A DNA stretch of 63,353 bases, filler included, from Reclinomonas americana ATCC 50394 (taxonomy: Eukaryota): NCBI GenBank assembly GCA_048213135.1. It is 7 parts of 3 records of this genome, joined end to end, with 100 filler letters (N's around TTAATTAATTAA, not from the genome) between each part and the next. Parts side by side here need not be neighbours in the genome. Positions count along the whole stretch, not along the records: positions 32,506 to 40,999 come from PS015231.1; positions 41,100 to 45,078 come from PS015232.1; positions 45,179 to 57,459 come from PS015232.1; 4 more parts are not named here. The stretch is one strand, 5' to 3'. Position numbers and translations under genes: made by a program. Under the pieces are notes generated by a model that ran no database searches, had not been told where the DNA came from, and was given only the letters and a program-made list of their open reading frames with translations. Positions 38,301 to 49,645 of this stretch are shown here, one piece after another. Every line of letters begins with the position of its first letter. Within the stretch, counting starts at the first letter, position 1.

Positions 38301-40563
38301 CTCGGGATCCGGTCTGGTGGCCGGTGACACAGTAAAGCTGGTCACCGGCGCCGTGTGCACGGCGACCGCCGCCTACACGTTCACCAATGTGTCGGTGACC
38401 GGCACCGCTCCGTTTGTGCGCAACGAGTCCAAAGCCTCCAACTTGGTCGACGGCCTGTACACTGTGTGGTGAGTGCTGAAGTGGGTCTTGGAAACTGCAG
38501 ATGTTTGCAACTGACACCCCTCTCCTCTCTCATCGCTCTTTTTCTCTTCATTTTTCCCCTCTCTTGTCATTCTCTCATTTTTCCATATCCCTTCTTCAAT
38601 CATCTTCAATGCTTTTTGCTTCTTCTTCGCTCTCTCTCCATATTGCAAATTTTCTTCTTTCACTCTATTTCTCTTCCCCTCTCTTTTTCCCTGCTCTCAC
38701 TCATTCCAACTTTCGCGCTCTCAAATTCCTGTTTCTTTCTGGTTTTCTCACTTATCACTCCTCTCCTTCTCTCTCTCCCTTCCCCTTTGTCCCTCTCTGT
38801 CCCTCTTTCTCTCGTACTTCCCTTCCCATCCCTCCTCTCTCTCTCTCTCTCTCCATGTTGCTCGTTTCTTCGTTTTTTGCCCTCTTTCTTTCCCCACTCT
38901 TCCGTCATTTTCCCACTCCCCTGCATGTTCTCGCTCATTCCCAACATTCCCGCTCTCAAATTCCTGTTTCATTCTGTTTTTCTCACTTATCACTCTTCTC
39001 CTTTTCTCTCTCTCTCCTCCCCCCTGTTCTCACCCCATATCTCACCATCTCCCTCTCTCTGTCCCTCTTTTCCTTCTCTCTTTCCCTCATATCTCCCTGT
39101 CCTTTCCCTTTCCCTTTCCCCCTGCTCTTCCTTTCGCCATTTGCAGCTACAAGTTCCTCGGCACCGCCTCGTTTGTGGCCGTCGGCACCTCGCAGATCAC
39201 CGTCCGTGCGTCCATTTCCCCTCACTTTGCCCTTTATTGTTGTGTCTCATCGCCTTGTTTGTGCCCCAGGGTACCCGCTCACCGGATACTCCCCACCCAC
39301 CATTGCACCGGCGACGGCTAATCAGCAAATCACGATCACTGGCTCGGGTTTGCAAAACACCGACGTGGTCAAGCTTGTGATCGGCGCCAACTGCAACAGT
39401 GGCACCGCCACGTCGTACGCCATGACATTCGTCAGCGTGGCTGGCACCGCACCGACCATGACACTCATCGCGAAGACCTCCAATACCTCTCTGACACTGA
39501 ATTCGTACACTGTGTGGTGCGTGCGTGCGTGCGTGCGAGTAGATCTTACTTCGCTTCATCTTGTTTGTCTTACTCGTGGCGCAGCTACAAATTCACGAAC
39601 TTTGCGACTGTGTTCTTTGCCGTGAACACCACACAGCTGCAAGTTGGTGCGCCTTTCCCCCCATTCCTTCCCTTTCCCTCCATCGACTTCCTCACGTGCT
39701 GTGTGTGTATGCAGTGCCTACCCTCACCGGATTTTCGCCGGCCACTGCCGTTCCCGGCACTGTCGGTGTTAACATTACTGTGACGGGATCGAGTTTGTCG
39801 ACCACGGACGATTTGCGTCTGGTTGCCGGCACCGATTGCAGCAGCACCACAGCGGCTTCCTACACCTTTGCCAATGTGCCTCCCGTTTCCACCATATTCG
39901 TGGGCACACTGGCCAACAGCTCGGTGACGGCCAGTCCGTACACGGTGTGGTGAGTGAGAGGAATGGATGGAGAGAGGGAGGGAGGGATAGGGAGGCAGGG
40001 AGAGATAGAGAGTCTCATTCAACTTCGCAGTCGCTCACATATTCACTAGCTCATTAACTCACGCTTTGTCTCGCGCATTCTCTCTCTTTCTTGGTTACTC
40101 GCTTTCTTTCTCATTAACACACTGGCTCATTCATTAACTCATTCCACCTTGCATCTCACGAAGAATGAGTGAGTGTGATCATGACAGAGAGGAAGGGGAG
40201 AGAATGAATGAGCGAGTGAACGCAAAAGAGAGAGAATGAGCGATTCAATAAGTCAGCAAGTGCAGTTAATGGCTGAGTGATCAAAGTGAGAGAGGAAGGG
40301 GGAGAGCACGAAAGAGAGAGACTGAGTGATAAGTGAACAAGTGAGGGAGAGAGAACCAGTGAGTCAGTTTGAGACTTAGTGATCAAAGAATGGAGGTGAG
40401 AATACGTGAGTGAACGCACATGTACGTGTTCATGTTCCGACCACCCGCATGCTCTTTCTGCTAACAGCATTTTACTCACCTCTTCTTACCTTGCGCCTGC
40501 ACAGCTACAAGTTCACCGCCGCCAGCTTCTACGTCACTGTCGGCACCGCCCAGATTGAATTCA
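35308..40563 (+). CDS. Secreted/surface protein with five tandem ~100-aa Thr/Ser-rich Ig/IPT-like beta repeats (3' end lost in gap)
   Basis: Signal-like MGQR|GFLSPSPSPLLLLLVTLVVAV. Exon pairs are 35907-36138/37215-37273, 37330-37576/38118-38176, 38234-38468/39147-39205, 39270-39516/39585-39646 and 39715-39949/40505-40563. Each encodes TGFSP...TITGSGL...DxVKLVxGxxC...YTVC|YKF. Confidence 0.85.
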
Positions 40564-40925
40564 GTGCGTCGTCGACAGCGTTTCTTTTCCTTTCCTGGTG
40601 ATCGTTGTCGCGTGATGCATGCAGACATGTGTCTTTTTTTCTCTCTCTCTCATTGTCTCTTCGCACTTTTTCTCTCCGTGTTTGTGCGCATATGTTAACT
40701 TTGTCTTTTTCTTCTTGTTCTGTCCATGTCCTTTGCTTTTCGCACCTTCTCCTTCCTGGTCTCGTACTCTCCTTTCCGCTCTCTCTCCTTTCTCTTCCTC
40801 TTCGCACATTCTCTCTCTCTCTCTCTGTCCTTGTTCTTGTTGTCTCTCGCGCACTTCTTGCTCATGTCTCCGTCCTTTCCGTTTTGAACTTTCTCTTTCC
40901 TTGTCTCATAATCTCCACCTTCCCG

Positions 40926-40958
<33 letters not shown>

Positions 40959-42477
40959 TCTCTTCTTCTTCTCTTCTCGTTACTTACTTCGTTACTTACN
41001 NNNNNNNNNNNNNNNNNNNNNNNNNNNNNNNNNNNNNNNNNNNTTAATTAATTAANNNNNNNNNNNNNNNNNNNNNNNNNNNNNNNNNNNNNNNNNNNNA
41101 GTCAATCAGGAGAGCGAGGGCGCGATAGAGAACGTATGGGAGGGAGAGAGAAGGAGAGAGGGAGAGAGACTAGATAGAGACGGAGCGTGTGTGTGAGAGA
41201 GAGAGCCAGACGGCCAGGCAAGGAGACAGCAAGATGACCTCGTCTCCTTCTCTGTTCCCTCTCACTGACAGTCTTTGAGCAATGCACACATCCGCCACTC
41301 ACAAAAACACGAAACTCTCTCTATCTCTCCCCATTTCTCTCACCCTCCTCCCCTCCTTACTCCCTCTCTCTCCACCAGCGCGCAACACCACGCCCAACAA
41401 ACAAACAAACAAACAAACATGCGCGCGAAAAACGAATTTGCACAAGACAACACACACACACAACGCAGAACAACAACAATGTCATCGTCACACGCCTTCT
41501 CTCTCACACGCACACTCGCCAAACAGAGAGAGAGACACACACACACAAAGACAACGTGCGCGCGTGTGTGAGATGGAAGACTTGCGAGCATGGCCAACCC
41601 ACACACTCTCTTCTTCTTCNNNNNNNNNNNNNNNNNNNNNNNNNNNNNNNNNNNNNNNNNNNNNNNNNNNNNNNNNNNNNNNNNNNNNNNNNNNNNNNNN
41701 NNNNNNNNNNNNNNNNNNNNNNNNNNNNNNNNNNNNNNNNNNNNNNNNNNNNNNNNNNNNNNNNNNNNNNNNNNNNNNNNNNNNNNNNNNNNNNNNNNNN
41801 NNNNNNNNNNNNNNNNNNNNNNNNNNNNNNNNNNNNNNNNNNNNNNNNNNNNNNNNNNNNNNNNNNNNNNNNNNNNNNNNNNNNNNNNNNNNNNNNNNNN
41901 NNNNNNNNNNNNNNNNNNNNNNNNNNNNNNNNNNNNNNNNNNNNNNNNNNNNNNNNNNNNNNNNNNNNNNNNNNNNNNNNNNNNNNNNNNNNNNNNNNNN
42001 NNNNNNNNNNNNNNNNNNNNNNNNNNNNNNNNNNNNNNNNNNNNNNNNNNNNNNNNNNNNNNNNNNNNNNNNNNNNNNNNNNNNNNNNNNNNNNNNNNNN
42101 NNNNNNNNNNNNNNNNNNNNNNNNNNNNNNNNNNNNNNNNNNNNNNNNNNNNNNNNNNNNNNNNNNNNNNNNNNNNNNNNNNNNNNNNNNNNNNNNNNNN
42201 NNNNNNNNNNNNNNNNNNNNNNNNNNNNNNNNNNNNNNNNNNNNNNNNNNNNNNNNNNNNNNNNNNNNNNNNNNNNNNNNNNNNNNNNNNNNNNNNNNNN
42301 NNNNNNNNNNNNNNNNNNNNNNNNNNNNNNNNNNNNNNNNNNNNNNNNNNNNNNNNNNNNNNNNNNNNNNNNNNNNNNNNNNNNNNNNNNNNNNNNNNNN
42401 NNNNNNNNNNNNNNNNNNNNNNNNNNNNNNNNNNNNNNNNNNNNNNNNNNNNNNNNNNNNCACACAACCAAACGAGC

Positions 42478-42648
42478 ATGGCAGACGACGGCTTGGCCAA
42501 GGCAGGGTGGGACCAGTACTTCCACATTGGAGAGCGCGACGCCACCGACAGCAGCGACTTGGCATCGCGAGTGGCGCAGTTCAGAGACATGGCCGAGAGT
42601 GCCTCGGTCGACTATGAGCGCGCGAAGAGCTTGCTGGCCTCGCTCAAG
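42478..42648 (+). CDS. First exon of an unidentified protein (isolated between gaps)
   Basis: MADDGLAKAGWDQYFHIGERDATDSSDLASRVAQFRDMAESASVDYERAKSLLASLK, followed by a GTGAAT donor and a purine-rich intron start. Coding-like GC3. Confidence 0.5.
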
Positions 42649-43531
42649 GTGAATATGGGAGAGAAGGAGAGGAGGGTGCAAGTGAGGGGAATNNNNNNNN
42701 NNNNNNNNNNNNNNNNNNNNNNNNNNNNNNNNNNNNNNNNNNNNNNNNNNNNNNNNNNNNNNNNNNNNNNNNNNNNNNNNNNNNNNNNNNNNNNNNNNNN
42801 NNNNNNNNNNNNNNNNNNNNNNNNNNNNNNNNNNNNNNNNNNNNNNNNNNNNNNNNNNNNNNNNNNNNNNNNNNNNNNNNNNNNNNNNNNNNNNNNNNNN
42901 NNNNNNNNNNNNNNNNNNNNNNNNNNNNNNNNNNNNNNNNNNNNNNNNNNNNNNNNNNNNNNNNNNNNNNNNNNNNNNNNNNNNNNNNNNNNNNNNNNNN
43001 NNNNNNNNNNNNNNNNNNNNNNNNNNNNNNNNNNNNNNNNNNNNNNNNNNNNNNNNNNNNNNNNNNNNNNNNNNNNNNNNNNNNNNNNNNNNNNNNNNNN
43101 NNNNNNNNNNNNNNNNNNNNNNNNNNNNNNNNNNNNNNNNNNNNNNNNNNNNNNNNNNNNNNNNNNNNNNNNNNNNNNNNNNNNNNNNNNNNNNNNNNNN
43201 NNNNNNNNNNNNNNNNNNNNNNNNNNNNNNNNNNNNNAGTGTGTGATGAAGGGACAGTTTGGTCAAGGGGACAGCGGGACGGGAAGGGGGAAGGGTGAAG
43301 GCGGGCAGACGAGGCCTCGTTGCAACGCAGCAAGTGCAGGGCAGAGGAGAGCATAGGGGAGGTTGATCAACCTTGGCCAACTTGCTTCCGTTTGCTCCCC
43401 CTTTCCCTTTGCTTCCCCCTTCCCCTTGCCCCCCCTTTCCCTTGCTCCTCCCTTTCCCTTCCCATCCCTCCCTTCACGTATGCAACGCTCACAGCACTTT
43501 CATTTTTGACTAGACCAGGCCACCATCATCC

Positions 43532-46500
43532 TTATTTGTCCTTCTTCTTCTTCTTCTTCTTGTCGCCATTCTGCGTGCGCAACAGAAACTTGTCAGCAAC
43601 CAACGCACACATCGTCAACGACGTACACACCCACACGCACGGCAACATGTTGAGAGAGAGATACAGATTGAAGTACAGCCAGAAGAAAACAAATAATCGC
43701 AAGCATCACAATGCACAACACACAAAAAAACAAGAGAAGAATTGAACACATAAGTACAAACAACAACTACATGCACGCTTCGATGCTTCCTCCACACACC
43801 CACAACATCGTAGACCAAGTGAACTCATGCACAAATAGAAGAAAAACAGAGACGACAAGAAAGAAACGCAAGTGACACAATGCGAAGACAACACACAAGA
43901 GTACATTGAACACAGAAACAAACAGCCTTACAGAGAACACATAATCATCAACGCAAGCACAACACAACAACACACACATATAAACATACGAAACACACAC
44001 GAGAGAAGACACATAAACACACGAACATAACAGAGACAAGAACATAAAAAGCACAACAACAACAACAACACACACATATAAACATACGAAACACACGAGA
44101 GAAGACACATAAGCACACGAACATAACAGAGACAAAAACACAAACAAGCACAACACAAAAACACACACATATAAACATACGAAACCCACACAAGACAAGA
44201 CACACAAACACACGAACATAACAGACAAAACACAAACAAGACTCACATAAGGCACACACCCTCGCCTTCCCTTCCCTTCTCCTTCCCCTTCTACCCCTTC
44301 CCCCCTCCACCCTTCCCCCCTCCACCCTTCCCCCCTCCACCCTTCCCCTTCTACCCCTTTCCCTTTCTCTTCCCCTCCCACGCACCGCTGCTGCTGGTAC
44401 CGCCTCCTCCTCCTCCTGCTCCACCTTCTTGCCCTTCTTCTTATCCTTCTTGCTCTTCTTCTTCTCCGGCTCGGCCTCCTTTGCCGCCTCCTCCTCCTCC
44501 TCCGGCTCCTCCTCGCGAGCACGCTTCTTGCTCTTCTTGTCCTTCTTGGACTTCTTCTCGCCAGAGGCCTTCATCTTGACGTCGCCGTCGTCCTCCTCGT
44601 CCTCGTCACCGAGCAAATCGCCAAACTCCGCCAGCGCCTTCTCGTACGCCATGTGCATCACGTCGGCATTGCGGCGTGGTGCCTGGCCCGTCTCGAAAAA
44701 CTGCAATCGCTCCTCCACCTGCTCCTTCAGCAGCTCGCCAAAGACGCGCGATGGCTTGTCGCTGAACGAGTCGATGCGGGCGGCGATCGAGCACTTGTTG
44801 GCGAGGAAGCGCGACATGCGGCCCTTGTCCTTGGCCGAGGCGCGGCCAATGAACGAGGCGTGGAAGAGCAGGCCGTACTTGGGGGTGTTGGAGCGGGTCT
44901 TCAGGGCGCTGCACACAAAAGGGAAAGGGAGGGGTGAATAAAAGGGAAAGGGGAGAAGGGGAAGGAGGGGAAAGGGAGAAGGGGGAGAAGGGGGATAAAG
45001 GGAGAAGGGGGTAAAGGGAGAAGGGGGATAAAGGGAGAAGGGGGATAAAGGGAGAAGGAGGATAAAGGGAGAAGGGAGNNNNNNNNNNNNNNNNNNNNNN
45101 NNNNNNNNNNNNNNNNNNNNNNTTAATTAATTAANNNNNNNNNNNNNNNNNNNNNNNNNNNNNNNNNNNNNNNNNNNNAAGGAGAGGGATAAGGAGAGAG
45201 ATAAGGAGAGGAGAGTAAGGAGAAGGGGGTAAAGGGAGAAGGGGGATAAAGGGAGAAGGGGGATAAAGGGAGAAGGGGGATAAAGGGAGAAGGGGGATAA
45301 AGGGAGAAGGGGGATAAAGGGAGAAGGGGGATAAGGGAAGGAGGCAATCTAATCTCGTCTGAGACACACACCGGAAGAGAGCCTTCTCAGCACCGAGAAT
45401 CTGCACAGTGGAGGCCGGGTACTTGGCCAGGTTGGTGAGGCTGCCAGCGTGCTGGATGAGGCGGGCGGCCACCTGCGAAGAGGGGATGGTTGAGTGAAAC
45501 AGAAGACTGAAATTAAAATCTATTCTCATTGCTCTCGCTCTGTTCCAACCAAGTCTCAGTCGCTGACTGGTTGGTAAATCTTGCCACGACTCATTGCGCT
45601 TGTGCAGCCACTTTGCTGCTCTCTCACTCTCTGAAATCCATTCCCCATTAGCGTGTCTGTTCTTTCTCACCTCGACAATCCGTCCAACGTCACACTCCTA
45701 TTCTCTCGCCTTCCACTTTCCCCTCACTCCAGGCTCCAGCATTCCTCACTGTCTCAAAATCCACCTCATTCCTCACGAACTCCTTCTCACTCTCTCACAT
45801 CTTCTTTCCTTTCCCAATCACAAACCTGCTCGCCAATAATCGCGGCAAGGTTCGGCGCCACAGCGTTCATCTTGGTGACGAGGTAGCTGTGCAGGTCCTT
45901 GCGGTACTTGGCCAGGTTGATGACCTTCTCCGCGAATCGCTCAATGTTGACCATGTCGATCTCGCCGAGGTCGGCGCCTGTGTGCGATGAAAGGAGAAGG
46001 TAAGCACGTGGAGAAGAAGAGGGGAGAGTTCAACGATCTTTGACCGCTGCGTGTGCAGTCGCTGTCTCCGCCATTAACCCTCAACCGTTGTATGCGTGCA
46101 ATCGCTGTCTCTCCACCCTCAACCCTTGACCGCTGTGCGTGCAACCACTGTTTCTCCACCCTTAACCCTTGACCGCTGTGCGTGCAACCGCTGTCTCTCC
46201 TCGACCCTTGATCGGTGTGTGCGTGCAATCAGTGTCTCTCTCCACCCCTAACCATCGACCACTGCGTGTGCAATCGCTGCCTCTCCACCCTAAACCCTTG
46301 ACCACTGCGTGTGTAATCGCTGTCTCCCTCTTCCCTGTGCCATTCTACCCTTTCCCCTTCCCCCATTTCCCACTCACCCATGGACTTTTGTGCCGCCTCA
46401 AACACACGGCGTGCCTGATCCGCGTCCATCGTGATCTCCTCGAGGCCGGCGAGTGACTCCTCCGACAGCGTGCTGCGTCGCAACGAATCAGCCACGATGA

Positions 46501-49500
46501 CAGTCATAAACTGCAAGAAACGACAGGACAAACCTCTTGTTTCCAATAAACTTGACGAGGCGCGCGTAGGTGAAGTTGTCGTTCACGACCTTGACGAGCT
46601 CGGGGAAGTGCCAGCCGTACCACTCACTGTGACGAGACAAAACACGTCAGTTCCATGAATCTCAATGATCGGAGAGGGAGAAGGAGAGGGAGAAAGAGAA
46701 ACAGGGGGAGAAGGAGACAGTAGCAGCATGAAGACAATGAAATACCGACAGACTGGCAAACAGGCAGTCGAAAAAAGCACCCGCGAGAGAGCAAGAGGGA
46801 AGCGACAGAAGGACAGACTGACTGACAGGCAGGAAAACAAACCGCAAGGCTCACATCAGACCGAGTGCAAGAAGCAAGACAGAAGGGAGCGAGCAAGAGC
46901 GAGACAAAAAAGAGTCGCCCAAGCAGACAGACAGGCAAGCAGACAGAAACCAAGAGAGAGAGCACGAGCGTGACAGACTGAACATGACAAGGTGGACCGA
47001 GGGGATGAGCAAACAGAGCAAACTATCAGTTGCTTAACGACCACACAAGGAGAAGCCAACAACGCGCTAATGAAGAAGAAGAAGAGGAGGATGAAGATGA
47101 AGCTCGAGAGAAAAAGAAATAAGAGTGAAGAGAGAAAAAGCGAGAGACGACAGAGTTGGCGACCGAGGAGGAACAAACAGATAAAACACACCAATGACTT
47201 GCTGACCACACAAAGGAGGATGCGAAGAAAGAGAAAAGAGAAGAGGATGGCGATCAAGCATGAGAGCAAGAAGAAGACAAAAGATGGGAGCGACATAGAG
47301 AGAGAGAGAGAGAGAGAGACGAAACGGGTAGACAGACAAACTGACGTTGGGGAGCACAACGGGACGAGCAACAACAGAATAGCCGCCAGTGATCAAGACC
47401 ACACACGCAAAATGCCTTACTTGCCCTCACATGCACTTCCTTCCTGTCAGGATCACTCCCAACAAACACACGACGTTTCTTCCTTTCCCTTCTCCCTTTC
47501 CTTTTGACTTTTCCCTTTTATCCCCGTCTCTCTTTCCCTATTATCCCCCTTCTCCCATTCCCTACTATCCCCTTCTCCCTTTCCTTTTTATCCCCCTTCT
47601 CCCTTCCCCTTCTTCCCCTTTCCTCACCGCACACGCATGGCAAACGTATTGACATCCTTGTCCAGCTGATCCAACAGCGCAATGGCCTGGATAATCATAT
47701 TGTCGATACGGTTGACGTTGAACTTGACCTTGGAGCGCGAGTAGCTGTGCGCCAGACCACGCTGCGCCGTCTGCACGTCGATCTCACCGAGACCGCTGAC
47801 AAACTTGTGGAAGTGCATGCGGATGCCGCGGACGAGCTCGCCAATCACGTCGTTCGACTGGCAGGAGATCTGTGGAGAGCGGAGGGTGAGAAGAGGGAAG
47901 GGGAAAAGAGAGAGAGAGAGTCAAGGACAAACGCACCGACATGCCCTCCTGAATGGCGTTGCCGAGCTTCGGCTCCGACACGCCGAGCATCACCTTGGAC
48001 TTCTTGCCGGTCTTGCCGCGCAGGCCCCTGCCCTCCAAAAACGCCTCCAGCGTCTTGGTGACCACACCTGCACAAAGTGGGGAAGTGAGAATGCAGGAAT
48101 AATTAGAGTGGGCAAGGAGAACAACGCACCCTCCGACACGCAGTTGATGTTCTCCAGTGCGTCCTCGGCCGACTCGAACGGGCAGAACGACTCCAGCTTC
48201 ACGAGGGTGGAGAAGCGGTCGAAATCGCGAGCGCGGTCTTGTACGGCTGTGGGGAGGAAAGGGGGGGGGGGGGAAGGGAGAAGGCGAGGATGAGTATGAG
48301 GAAGGTTGGATGAGACGAGAAGAGCGGATGTGGGGATGCAGAGCGCAGAGACACGGAGTGCAGAGACACGGAGAGCAGAGACGCAGAGTGCAGAGACGCC
48401 GAGAGCAGAGACGCAGAGTGCAGAGACGCCGAGTGCAGAGACGCAGAGTGCAGAGACGCAGAGTGCAGAGACGCAGAGTGCAGAGACGCAGAGTGCAGAG
48501 ACACGGAGAGCAGAGACGCAGAGTGCAGAGACGCAGAGTGCAGAGACACCGAGAGCAGAGACGCCGAGTGCAGAGACGCAGAGAGCAGATAGCAGAGACA
48601 CCGAGTGCAGAGACACCGAGTGCAGAGACGCAGAGGGCAGAGACGCAGAGGGCAGAGACACGGAGAGCAGAGACACGGAGAGCAGAGACACGGAGAGCAG
48701 AGACACGGAGAGCAGAGACACGGAGAGCAGCGACACGGAGAGCAGAGACACGGAGAGCAGAGACACGGAGAGCAGAGACACGGAGAGCAGAGACACTGAG
48801 TGCAGAGACGCAGAGTGCAGAGACGCAGAGTGCAGAGACGCAGAGTGCAGAGACACAGAGGGCAGAGACGCAGAGTGCAGAGACACAGAGGGCAGAAACA
48901 CTGAGTGCAGAGACGCAGAGTGCACAGACACCGAGGGCAGAGGGCAGAGACGCAGAGTGCAGAGACACTTGGGGCACAGACGCAGAGTGCAGAGACACCG
49001 AGTGCAGAGACCGGAAACAGAGACACGGAGAGCAGAGACACAGCGGCAGAGACACGGAGAGCACTGAGAACAGAGTGCACAGACACCGAGAGCAGAAACA
49101 TGGAGAGCAGAGTGTGGAGACGCTTGAAGCACAGACGCAGAGTGCAGAGACACCGAGAAGAGTGCATGACGAGGGATGCAGTGCGCGGTGATGTCACCCT
49201 GCATGTACCACCACCCATTTGCACACAGACAGCACGCACACGCAAACTCTCGTCAGCGTCACAAGTGCACGTGCACATGTGCATCACCATGGCCACTTCC
49301 GCCCCAAAAAAACCCACTCACCCGACACATTCTGCGCAATCTCATCGCCCGCCACACGCTCAAACAGCGCATACCCATTGGCACTCTCAAACAACACGTA
49401 AAGCGTCTGCGCACGAAAAACAACAAAACAAAAGAGTGAGTAATGGCCGACATTCACACACTCAAAAACAAAACAAACAACACGACAGGAGCAAGCAGCG

Positions 49501-49568
49501 TGCGACACGAGAACGAGCGTGGGCTGCACAGAAGCAGTTCAGGAGAAACGTGTGCGCTGGCTCACCAT
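43532..49568 (-). CDS. NOP56: Nucleolar protein 56 (box C/D snoRNP core)
   Basis: [135 protein letters not shown] and a KKE/D tail. Last exon [11 protein letters not shown] at 43532-43570. Confidence 0.97.
46040..46330. repeat. ~41-bp tandem minisatellite in a NOP56 intron
   Basis: TTGACCGCTGTGCGTGCAA.CGCTGTCTCTCCACCC.AACCC repeats about 7 times. Confidence 0.85.
48338..49160. repeat. 15-bp minisatellite (GCAGAGACGCAGAGT-like) in NOP56 intron 2
   Basis: Direct reading. It produces the spurious VSALC/AETQS ORFs. Confidence 0.95.
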
Positions 49569-49645
49569 GATGCAGTGTGCGTGAATGCTTTCGTCCGTCG
49601 ACTGGAGCCGACCGTGAAACGACTTTTTGCACAAACAAAACGAGA
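49569..49645. promoter_or_regulatory. 77-bp interval between the divergent NOP56 and ArfGAP start codons
   Basis: CAT at 49566-49568 followed by a GTGAGC donor on the - strand, and ATG at 49646 on the + strand. Confidence 0.7.
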
